From a candidate division FCPU426 bacterium (GTDB taxonomy: Bacteria; Oederibacteriota; Muellerivitia; Muellerivitales; Muellerivitaceae): DNA of 64,000 nucleotides. This document shows, one piece after another, positions 52,791-61,477 of the stretch. The notes under the pieces are model-generated. The model worked only from the letters and a program-made list of their open reading frames with translations, was not told where the DNA came from and did not search any database. Position numbers and translations under genes: made by a program. The stretch lies in contig CAWCKJ010000002.1 of the NCBI GenBank assembly GCA_963796105.1, forward strand, positions 192,001-256,000, read 5' to 3'. How positions within the stretch are numbered: the first letter of the stretch is position 1; each line of letters starts with the position of its first letter.

Positions 52791-54204
52791 AAAGGGGCTG
52801 GGTTGGTTCGGCTCCCTGGCCGCCCGCATGACCCTCTGGTACGCCCTTTCCGCCTTCGCGCTCGTCCTGACGACTTCCGGTTTCATCTATCACGCCCTTA
52901 CCGACAGCCTGGCCCACGAGGATGATGTCCTGCTTTCTGAAAATGTTAAAAATTTAAACGCTTTGGCCAAAAAGTCCCAGGGTGACCTGGAGGATATCCA
53001 GGAGTTCGTGGGCGAAACTCCAAAGTGGTACAGGGAAATCTCGTTTTGGACGAGGATATTGGACAGCAGTGGGCGGGTCTTGACCGAGACCCCTGGAATG
53101 TCCCAAACTTTGCCCTTGCGTTTGTTTTTGGGAGGTTTGCCGGACGACCGGAATTCCACGGTCCGCTCCGGGGAGGGAAAGCCCTTTCGGATCAGGTCGT
53201 CCCAGGAGGTTTGGCCCGGTAATGCCCCCGCCCGCGTTACCGTCCAAATGGCGATGGACATGAGTTCCGACGAGATCATCCTGAGAAAATTCCGGGCGGA
53301 GCTTATGACCATCCAATGCTTTTCCCTCCTGGCTTGCGCCTTGGCGGGCTACTGGATCGCCCAGAGGGGCATCCGGCCCGTGAGGAGAATGGCGGATACC
53401 GCCGCCCGGATCAGGTCCAGCACACTTTATGAGCGGTTGGGCCGGTCCGGCCTTCCCTCCGAGCTTTCCGACTTAGCCGCGACTTTCAATGACATGCTGG
53501 ACCGCCTGGAAGAATCCTTCGCCAGGCTGTCCCGTTTCAGCTCCGATATCGCGCATGAACTCCGCACCCCCATCCAGAACCTCCGCGGGGAAGCGGAAGT
53601 GGTCCTGAGCAAGGAGCGGGAGCCGGGAGAGTACCAGGACCTCCTGGGTTCCTCCCTGGAGGAATACCAGCGTCTTTCCAGCCTCATTGACAACCTCCTT
53701 TTCCTCGCGCGGGCGGAAAATCCCCAAACCCAAATCCAGCGGGAGGAATTGGACTTGAAAAAAGAACTGGGGCTTCTCCAGGACTTTTACGGCCCATCGG
53801 CGTGGGAATCGGGTATCGCTTTACGGGTGGATGCCCCGGAACCTTTGCGGGCGCACATGGACCGTTCCTTATTCCAACGGGCCGTGGGTAACTTGGTCGA
53901 AAACGCCTTGAAGCACACTTCCTCGGGAGGGAACCTGCTTTTGAAAGCCTCCGCCAGCGATGGAAAAGTTCTTGTGGAAGTTACCGACACGGGAAAGGGG
54001 ATTCCCCCGGACCGGATTTCCAGGGTCTTTGACCGATTTTACAGGGTGGACCCCTCGCGCTCCCCCTCTTCCGGGGGCGCCGGGTTGGGGCTTTCCATCG
54101 TGAAAAGCATCATGGACTTGCATGGGGGGACAGTGGAAATCCGGAGTGAAGTTTCCAAGGGGACCACCGTCACGCTTTTGTTTCCCGCTGTTGGGTCTGT
54201 TTGA
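52768..54204 (+). CDS. Heavy-metal-type sensor histidine kinase (CusS-like)
   Basis: 2 TM + HAMP; FSSDIAHELRTP; FDRFYRVD; GAGLGLSIV. Confidence 0.92.
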   Translation: MSSKTADKKGLGWFGSLAARMTLWYALSAFALVLTTSGFIYHALTDSLAHEDDVLLSENVKNLNALAKKSQGDLEDIQEFVGETPKWYREISFWTRILDSSGRVLTETPGMSQTLPLRLFLGGLPDDRNSTVRSGEGKPFRIRSSQEVWPGNAPARVTVQMAMDMSSDEIILRKFRAELMTIQCFSLLACALAGYWIAQRGIRPVRRMADTAARIRSSTLYERLGRSGLPSELSDLAATFNDMLDRLEESFARLSRFSSDIAHELRTPIQNLRGEAEVVLSKEREPGEYQDLLGSSLEEYQRLSSLIDNLLFLARAENPQTQIQREELDLKKELGLLQDFYGPSAWESGIALRVDAPEPLRAHMDRSLFQRAVGNLVENALKHTSSGGNLLLKASASDGKVLVEVTDTGKGIPPDRISRVFDRFYRVDPSRSPSSGGAGLGLSIVKSIMDLHGGTVEIRSEVSKGTTVTLLFPAVGSV

Positions 54205-54271
54205 GCTTCATATGCTTTGTTGTTCCGTTTGCCGGGGCGTTAATAGGTTTTCACCATCCGCCCCGGAAAAA

Positions 54272-54298
54272 ATTACGCCGCTGTAATTTGGCTGTCAT
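54272..54298 (+). promoter_or_regulatory. Cop-box-like site upstream of the yncE gene cluster
   Basis: ATTAC-N6-GTAAT followed 11 bp later by TGTCAT. Confidence 0.6.
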
Positions 54299-54463
54299 AT
54301 CAATGACTTACCTTGATGTAAAAATAAAATGGGAGTTTATGGAGTCAAAAGGTTTAACGCATATTAATTTGATAGCAGGAGAGTTGTTGAAGCCTGAAAT
54401 TAAGCTTTGAGGCGTCTTAAGGTGTGTTCCTAGTTAAAGTAAAATTTTTTTACGGGGGTCGTT

Positions 54464-55498
54464 ATGAACTGCTTTAAACTGTTTTTGCTGATAGGGCTTT
54501 TGACCGCATCAATAGGCTTGGCCGGCGCGCAGGAGGCGGGGAAGAGCGGATACAAGATCCTCCAAAAAGTTTCCCTGCCGGGGGACGGGGGCTGGGATTT
54601 TCTGACCGTGGACAGCGTGAACCGCCGGGTTTACGTCACCCATAACAACAGCGTGCAGGTGCTCGACGCGGATTCCTTGAAATTGGTGGGGACCATCGAG
54701 AACGTGCCCCATCCCCACGGGGTGGTGGTCCTGCCTGATTTAGGAAAAGGCTACGCCACCAGCGGTGTCCCGGGAAGCGTGGTGGTCTTTGACCTGAAAA
54801 CCTTGAAGCGTATTACCGAGATACCGGACTCCAAGGATGCGGACGTGATTTTCTATGACGAATCCTCTGGGAAGGTTTTGACTTTCAACGGCGACAGCGA
54901 AAATGCCGAAGTTATCGATCCCGCCACCGACAGGGTGGTTAAAACCGTTGAACTGGGAGGGAAACCGGAAGTCGCGGTGTCCGACGGAAAAGGCCACCTC
55001 TATGACAACCTGGAGGATAAAAGCGTGATTCTCAAGATCAATGCCAAGACCATGAAAATCACCCAGCGCTGGCCTTTGGCGCCGGGAGAATCCCCCTCCG
55101 GGCTTTCCATGGACGTAAAAAACAACCGGCTCTTCAGCGGCTGCCACAACAAGAACCTGGTGGTGATGAACGCGAAGAACGGGAAGGTCGTACAGACCCT
55201 GCCCATCGGCGACCACGTGGACGGCACCTGTTTCGATCCCGAATCCGGCACCATTTTCAGCTCCAACGGGGACGGCACCTTGACGGTGATCCACGAGGAT
55301 TCACCGGACCAATACACCCTGGTGGAAAACGTCAAAACCGAACCCGGCGCCAAGACCATGGCTTTCGATTCCAAGACGGGAAGGGTTTTCATGACAACGG
55401 CCCGGATGGAGCCGCAGTCCACGCCTACCGAAAAAGACCCCAAGCCGCACCACAAGCCTGTGCCTGGGACCTTTCATGTCCTGGTATTGGGGAAATAA
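54464..55498 (+). CDS. Secreted YncE-family beta-propeller protein
   Basis: Signal peptide AGA|QE; GDGGWDFL; repeated blades; GAKTMAFD. Confidence 0.85.
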   Translation: MNCFKLFLLIGLLTASIGLAGAQEAGKSGYKILQKVSLPGDGGWDFLTVDSVNRRVYVTHNNSVQVLDADSLKLVGTIENVPHPHGVVVLPDLGKGYATSGVPGSVVVFDLKTLKRITEIPDSKDADVIFYDESSGKVLTFNGDSENAEVIDPATDRVVKTVELGGKPEVAVSDGKGHLYDNLEDKSVILKINAKTMKITQRWPLAPGESPSGLSMDVKNNRLFSGCHNKNLVVMNAKNGKVVQTLPIGDHVDGTCFDPESGTIFSSNGDGTLTVIHEDSPDQYTLVENVKTEPGAKTMAFDSKTGRVFMTTARMEPQSTPTEKDPKPHHKPVPGTFHVLVLGK

Positions 55499-56264
55499 GC
55501 CTTTGGAAAAAAACGGGAACGGAATCGCATTGAGCAAGGTTCCCGAGCTGACCTTGCTCTTTTGGATCATTAAGATCGCCGCCACCACCCTGGGTGAGAC
55601 AGGCGGGGACACGGTTTCGATGTCCATGAACCTGGGATACCTGGTGGGTACGGGGATCTTCGCGGTCATTTTCCTGGGGGCCGTCGCCATCCAGATCAAG
55701 GCCAAGAAGTTCCATCCCTATATCTACTGGTTCACCATCATCGCCACCACCACCGTCGGCACGACCCTGGCGGATTTCTCGGACAGGTCCCTCGGCATCG
55801 GTTACGCCGGGGGTTCGGCGATTCTTTTTTGCCTTCTCATGGGCTCCCTCTACGTTTGGAAAAGGACCCTGGGGACGGTAGCGGTGGATTCGGTCAAGGA
55901 CCCGAAATCCGAGATGTTCTATTGGGTCACCATCATGTTCTCGCAGACCCTGGGGACCGCCTTGGGGGACTGGACCGCCGACTCCGCCGGCCTGGGGTAC
56001 CTGGGGGGAGGGGCCTTGTTCTTCCTGCTTTTGGCGGTGGTGGCGGGGCTTTATTACGGGACCAAGATCTCCCGGACCATCCTCTTTTGGTCGGCCTTCA
56101 TCTTGACCCGCCCCTTAGGCGCGGTTTTGGGGGATTTCCTGGATAAGCCCATTGATCACGGGGGGGTGGCCTTGAGCCGTTATTCCGCCTCCGGGGTGTT
56201 ACTTCTCTTCATCTTGGGCTGTATCTTTTTCTTCCAACATCGGCCCGCCCGGAAAGTCCATTGA
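55476..56264 (+). CDS. COG4705/DUF347-repeat membrane protein
   Basis: SKVPELTLLFWIIKIAATTLGETGGD, SQTLGTALGD, ILTRPLGA; true start probably a few codons downstream. Confidence 0.85.
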   Translation: MSWYWGNKPLEKNGNGIALSKVPELTLLFWIIKIAATTLGETGGDTVSMSMNLGYLVGTGIFAVIFLGAVAIQIKAKKFHPYIYWFTIIATTTVGTTLADFSDRSLGIGYAGGSAILFCLLMGSLYVWKRTLGTVAVDSVKDPKSEMFYWVTIMFSQTLGTALGDWTADSAGLGYLGGGALFFLLLAVVAGLYYGTKISRTILFWSAFILTRPLGAVLGDFLDKPIDHGGVALSRYSASGVLLLFILGCIFFFQHRPARKVH

Positions 56265-56452
56265 ATTGTCAGCCGCTTCAAGATTTTCCCAAGGAGAAAT
56301 CGGCGCCCAAACCGGCTGGTAAATCCAAACCATTCCGGCCCTAAAGGTGTCAATGCTATGGCTCCATTCAAGTTTTCCATCCCTCTTGCCAGGCCAAAAC
56401 CACCTCGTGAAAAAATAATGGGAAGTTTTGTTATTCCGTTGCGATCCATATA

Positions 56453-57238
56453 ATGTGGAACATGCTCAAACCGATCTTCGGGTTGAAACGATGCTTGAGA
56501 ATGCTCCTCGGAATGGCGGCGGTCCTTAGTTTCGTCCCCGCGGCTTGGGCTGGCCCCCCTTTTGAAACCGACGATCCCGAGCCGACGGAACTGGGCCATT
56601 GGGAAATCTACCTGGGGGGAACCGCACTTCAAATCCAGGACGATTTTTCCGGGACAGCCCCTTTCTTTTCCGTAAATTACGGAGCCTTGCCGGATGTCCA
56701 GTTAAGCCTGACCCCACAAGCTTCTTTTAATTTTCCAACAGGCAATATCCAGTACTTTGGTTTTGGGGATACCCTGGTTGGCCTGAAGTACCGTTTTCTC
56801 CATGAAAGCCCGGATATACCCCAGGCCGCTTTTTTCCCCCAGGTCAATTTCCCCACAGGCGATGCCGGGAAGGGGTTGGGGTTCGGGCAGTACCAGTTAC
56901 TGCTTCCCCTCTGGGTCCAAAAGAGCTGGGGCCCCTGGACCACTTTTGGGGGCGGGGGCTATTGGGTGAACCCGGGAGCCGGCAGCCAGAATTGGGTTTT
57001 CCTGGGTTGGGAAATCCAAAGGGACCTCTCGCCCCTGTTCACCCTGGGAGGGGAAATTTTTTTTCACAGCGCCAATGAAATTGGCGAAAAGGACAGTGTG
57101 GGATTCAATCTCGGGGGATTCATTAATTTCGACCAGGTGAACCACATCGTTTTCTCTGCGGGAAGGGACATCTTCCAGCCCGAGTATCAATTCACGGGTT
57201 ATTTGGCCTACGAATGGACATTCCCCAAGGGTGAATAA
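56453..57238 (+). CDS. Putative outer-membrane beta-barrel transporter (phenol MetA-deg/CoxB-like)
   Basis: AWA|GPPFETDDPEP, GFGDT.VG.KYRF, PTGD, alternating beta strands; start uncertain. Confidence 0.7.
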   Translation: MWNMLKPIFGLKRCLRMLLGMAAVLSFVPAAWAGPPFETDDPEPTELGHWEIYLGGTALQIQDDFSGTAPFFSVNYGALPDVQLSLTPQASFNFPTGNIQYFGFGDTLVGLKYRFLHESPDIPQAAFFPQVNFPTGDAGKGLGFGQYQLLLPLWVQKSWGPWTTFGGGGYWVNPGAGSQNWVFLGWEIQRDLSPLFTLGGEIFFHSANEIGEKDSVGFNLGGFINFDQVNHIVFSAGRDIFQPEYQFTGYLAYEWTFPKGE

Positions 57239-57277
57239 AATAATATTCCATGGTCATATGCTTTAAGAAAAAGTCAT

Positions 57278-57662
57278 TAGAACCTATTTCAAAATCAATT
57301 TTGCTTATTCAACAAAACACGAACAATATGGAGTCTCCCCTTCTGTGCTAAAGCACTATGCTGTTCTCATTTTTTAAATTTTATATGAGGAACAGTATGA
57401 AAGAGGGGCATTTCGGTTTGTGGGTACCATAGGGGTTTTCCCTATGAGCGCTTTTGGAACAAGGGGGAGTTAGCCTTTTCGTCATGTTTTATTAACAACT
57501 AATATCCCCTATCCCCCTTTTTCACCCCCATTTCATCCATTTGATAGTTATAAATGAAAAATGGGGAAGTCCCCATCCTCAATGACTTTGCTTTTCAAAG
57601 TGGCATGGGGGAAGGGGGAACCTGCTATCGCCCGTTCAATAGGTATTTTGAGATAGGTTCTA
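57278..57662. mobile_element. MITE-like element copy 1 (385 bp incl. flanking TA)
   Basis: Ends TAGAACCTATTTCAAAAT / ATTTTGAGATAGGTTCTA (17/18 inverted match); non-coding, hairpin-rich interior. Confidence 0.8.
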
Positions 57663-57842
57663 AATGATCACGCACCCAATCCCTTACCCGTCGAATTCTT
57701 TATCACAATGTTAAATCTAATTTTGTCCCGTTCAGTCCTGTTGTCGGAAATTAGATTCAACGATAATATTTATCCGGGGAGACTTCTGGGATTGTTTTTA
57801 AACCTAACGGATTTTAAGGTGATTATTTTTTAGGAGGTCCCC

Positions 57843-59825
57843 ATGCGCCGATTCGCACAGAAAAGAAATAATTACATCTGGTTTTACGTCCTTTTCTTAG
57901 GGATCACTGCGGCGGTTATCGGTGCCTGCAGTAGTTCCAAGAGTCCTAGCTCCCCCGCACATTCCTCAGCCACCAGCACCTACACCTACACCCCCTGCAC
58001 GGATGGAAACGGCTACACCTGCACTCCGACTTCAACCAACACGGCTTGCATGGTGAACGGCACGCCCTGCACCAAGACGCAGACTTTCACCCCGACCCAG
58101 ACCTTCACCCAAACATGGACTAATACCCCGACCAACACATCCACGGTCACTTCGACCATCACCCCCTATCCCACCGCGACGGTAGGACTTTACGTCATCG
58201 AAGGACAGGTTCAATACAACGGATCCACCAATTTATCGGGAAAAGCGCTCCAGGTGTGTGGAAGTCCTGGCTTGATGGCCTGCGGGGTAACTTTCAGCGG
58301 CGACACCATTAAAAACGAGCTGTCCGCTCCCGGTCCCGTTGCCTATTCACTCAGTTTTCCAGGGAACGGCTCCTACGTTGTTTGGGCAAATCTTTGCCGC
58401 CCCGAGAACGAGATAGAAGTATTGGGCGGCGTAACGACCACCAGCCTGATCGGTTCCGCTTATGTTAACGCTCCCTACGCGATTTACGCGGGCACGACCA
58501 ACGCATGCTTCAACTCCGGTACCCCCACGACCTTCACTTTCAGCGGGCCCAATACCTTCACCGGCGTCAACCTCACCTTCGGCGACACCTGCGAGTTACC
58601 CGGCATATCCGGCACCATCACCTATACCGGCGCCAACGTGGTCAACGCGCAAAACGCCCTCTTTGTCCAGGCTTATAGCAACAGTAATTACACCGGTGGC
58701 CTCTTTTCTTCGATGGTGTCTGAGAATGGTGGAGCGTTCAAGGTGCTTCCTCCCTTGTGCGGCGGGCCCGTCTATCTCCAGGCCTATTCTTCCCCCGGGA
58801 ATTATTTATTAGCGGACTGCGATCCCGTGACGGACCTGGGTGCGATGGCGGCGAATTACGAGAACATCACCAACTACGCCATCACACTAACCGATGCCAA
58901 CCTGTATAACTGTACTTTCACCGCGACCCCCTCCGTAACGTCCACCCCCACCAATACCGTCTGCACGGATTCCAACGGCTATACCTGCACCCCGACTGGA
59001 ACTTTCACCCCCACCCCCACCAATACCGCCTGCGTGGACTCCAACGGATACACCTGCACCCCTACCCCCACCCCGACTGACACGAAAACACCGACCTCGA
59101 CCTTCACCAGCACCTTCACGCATACACCCACCCACACCTGGTCTCCCACCCCGAGCCCGACGATCATTCCTGACGCTTCCATCGGGTTCTATACCAACTC
59201 CCCCTTAGCGGTCCAAGCGGGTGTGCCCATACCCGCATCGACCAACCTGGCCAACAGCGCCTACGGGGGGACATCCCCCTATTATTACGAGGTGGGCACC
59301 CTCGCGGAGGGGACACCGCCCCTGGGGACCGTGGTGGACCTGAACGGAAACCTGGACGGCACGCCCTCCACCGTCGGTAGCAATGTCTTCGATGTCTGCG
59401 CCGTGGACTCCACCGGCAGGGGAAGCTGCCAGCCCGTCACCGTGGACGTGGTATCGGTGACCGTCACTTCCATCGTCCAGACCCTGGGGACCAAGGTTTT
59501 TGATGGAAACTGCGGCGACTACGGAAATTCCGAATACGTCACCATCACCGTCAACGGAACCGCGGCAGGGCCAGTCAGCACCTACCTCGACCTCGATATC
59601 GCCGGGGGAATGAATTACACCTGCCCCAGTTGGACCGTCGGGACCCAGACGGGACAGTTCTACCGGGCCACCGGCCAACCCTTGAGCGTGTCGTTCTCGC
59701 TCCAATACGTGGATTTCCTGACCAATTGCAATTCGGATACGGGCGGCTATTACAGCGCCGAGGTTGTCGCGGACGGATATGACTTTTTCAGCCTCAACCC
59801 CAATTTCACCGTCTTCTGGCAATAA
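57843..59825 (+). CDS. Cys/Thr-rich surface lipoprotein with Ig-like domains
   Basis: AGGAGG RBS; lipobox IGA|C; PT linkers with CxDxNGYTC loops; putative Ig segment (GGTSPYYY...G.LDGTP). Confidence 0.82.
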   Translation: MRRFAQKRNNYIWFYVLFLGITAAVIGACSSSKSPSSPAHSSATSTYTYTPCTDGNGYTCTPTSTNTACMVNGTPCTKTQTFTPTQTFTQTWTNTPTNTSTVTSTITPYPTATVGLYVIEGQVQYNGSTNLSGKALQVCGSPGLMACGVTFSGDTIKNELSAPGPVAYSLSFPGNGSYVVWANLCRPENEIEVLGGVTTTSLIGSAYVNAPYAIYAGTTNACFNSGTPTTFTFSGPNTFTGVNLTFGDTCELPGISGTITYTGANVVNAQNALFVQAYSNSNYTGGLFSSMVSENGGAFKVLPPLCGGPVYLQAYSSPGNYLLADCDPVTDLGAMAANYENITNYAITLTDANLYNCTFTATPSVTSTPTNTVCTDSNGYTCTPTGTFTPTPTNTACVDSNGYTCTPTPTPTDTKTPTSTFTSTFTHTPTHTWSPTPSPTIIPDASIGFYTNSPLAVQAGVPIPASTNLANSAYGGTSPYYYEVGTLAEGTPPLGTVVDLNGNLDGTPSTVGSNVFDVCAVDSTGRGSCQPVTVDVVSVTVTSIVQTLGTKVFDGNCGDYGNSEYVTITVNGTAAGPVSTYLDLDIAGGMNYTCPSWTVGTQTGQFYRATGQPLSVSFSLQYVDFLTNCNSDTGGYYSAEVVADGYDFFSLNPNFTVFWQ

Positions 59826-59838
59826 TAAAACGCTAGCG

Positions 59839-59858
59839 GCCCCGGTTTGGGGCTTTTT
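59839..59858 (+). terminator. Rho-independent terminator
   Basis: GCCCC-GGTTT-GGGGC followed by TTTTT just after the stop codon. Confidence 0.6.
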
Positions 59859-59899
59859 CAATTTATTGTCCCTAAAATCCTAAATTCCTTAAAAGTTAC

Positions 59900-60228
59900 T
59901 AGAACCAATCTCAAAATCAATTTTGCTAATTTGACAAACCACGAACAACATGTAGTCTCCCCCTCTGTGCTAAAGCACTATGCTGTTCTCATTTTTTAAA
60001 TTTTATATGAGGAACAGTATGAAAGAGGGGCATTTCGGTTTGTGGGTACCATAGGGGGTTTTCCCTATGAGCGCTTTTGGAACAAGGGGAAGTTGGTTTT
60101 TCCGTTGAGCATTATTAACAGCTAATACCCCCCTGCCCCCTTTTTCAAAGGGGGATTATCACTAGCGCCATACTTTTCGAAATTTGCCAAAGTTGAGCCG
60201 CTTAGAAGTAATTTTGAGATAGGTTCTA
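59900..60228. mobile_element. MITE-like element copy 2 (329 bp incl. flanking TA)
   Basis: Ends TAGAACCAATCTCAAAAT / ATTTTGAGATAGGTTCTA; same orientation as copy 1 with a near-identical ~120-bp core. Confidence 0.8.
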
Positions 60229-60316
60229 ATAGATACTACCCTCATCCCTTTGGGAACCCTCGACCTGATACCCCGGGAAATCAATCCCATGAGCCATTTG
60301 GAACCTGAAAATTTAC

Positions 60317-61465
60317 ATGAATTTTAACATGGACGAAACACATGGGCGCCCAGGGGGGATAACATGTTGTCCTAACGTCCGGCCAAAACCCATTCTCCCC
60401 CCCATCGGCATCGAGCCCCCGGCCTGGTTTAAATCGCTTTCCTTTTCCCTGTGTAAGGCGGCCGGCATGGAGGCAGAAATCCTCCGCTTAAAAGTTTCCC
60501 CAATGATCAATAAGAAAAAAGAAAATGCGGGCCTTATCCAGCGTCTATTGGTGCCGGTACCGCCGGTGGGCCCCGAAGCCCCATGCGAGGAGGTTTACCG
60601 CCTCTTCGCCGAGGACAAAGCCCTCCAATCCATCGCCGTGGTGGAGGACGAGAAACCGGTGGGCTTGGTGAACCGCTACGCGCTCGTGGACCGGTTCTCC
60701 CGGAGATACTTCAGGGACCTATACGCGCTCAAGCCCATCCATTTGATCATGGAAAAAAACCCCCTCATCGTGGACCGCACGGTTTCCCTGGACAACTTGA
60801 GCGCCATTGTCGCGGATGAGGAGGAAAGGTACCTTTATGAGGGCTTCATCATCACCGAGGAAGGGAAGTACCGGGGCATCGGCACGGGCCAAAGGCTGAT
60901 CAAGGAAATCATGGAACAAAAGCAGGCCGACCTCTACCATTTGGCGCACCACGACGCCCTGACGGGACTTCCCAACCGTCTTTTGTTTTACGACCGGCTC
61001 TCCCAGGCCCTCGCGCAGGCCCAGCGCAACGTGAAGCGGTTGGGCGTGCTTTTTATCGACCTGGATCATTTCAAAAACGTCAATGACTCTCTGGGGCACG
61101 GGGCGGGTGACAACCTTTTGAGGGAAACGGCCCTGAGGATTTCGGGGTGCTTGCGCGAGGGAGACACGGTGGCCAGGCTGGGCGGGGACGAGTTCACGGT
61201 TATCTTGACGGACATCGCAAATCCCGCGGACGCGGCCCTGGTCGGGAAGAAGATCATGGAAACCATGGTCCAGCCTTTCTCCCTGTCGGGAAACGAAGTC
61301 CGCGTATCCTGCTCCATCGGGGCGAGCCTTTTTCCGGACGACGGCGCGGACATGGAAACCCTCGTCAAAAACGCCGACACGGCGGTTTACCGCTCCAAGA
61401 AAACCAGGAATTGTTTCTCTTATTTCGGGACGGATGTCCGACAGGAAAAAGCCGGGCAAACATGA
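60317..61465 (+). CDS. CBS-pair + GGDEF diguanylate cyclase
   Basis: CBS pair (PVGLVNR...GFIITEEGKYRGIGT); HDALTGLPNR; RxxD and RLGGDEF; true start likely ~60470-60500. Confidence 0.88.
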   Translation: MNFNMDETHGRPGGITCCPNVRPKPILPPIGIEPPAWFKSLSFSLCKAAGMEAEILRLKVSPMINKKKENAGLIQRLLVPVPPVGPEAPCEEVYRLFAEDKALQSIAVVEDEKPVGLVNRYALVDRFSRRYFRDLYALKPIHLIMEKNPLIVDRTVSLDNLSAIVADEEERYLYEGFIITEEGKYRGIGTGQRLIKEIMEQKQADLYHLAHHDALTGLPNRLLFYDRLSQALAQAQRNVKRLGVLFIDLDHFKNVNDSLGHGAGDNLLRETALRISGCLREGDTVARLGGDEFTVILTDIANPADAALVGKKIMETMVQPFSLSGNEVRVSCSIGASLFPDDGADMETLVKNADTAVYRSKKTRNCFSYFGTDVRQEKAGQT

Positions 61466-61477
61466 CCGCCGGGCCCG

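Noticed and set aside
52116..54204. Calling the two-component system cusRS / copper resistance
   Set aside because: Family resemblance only; no cus/cop effector genes are adjacent, so no gene symbol was assigned.
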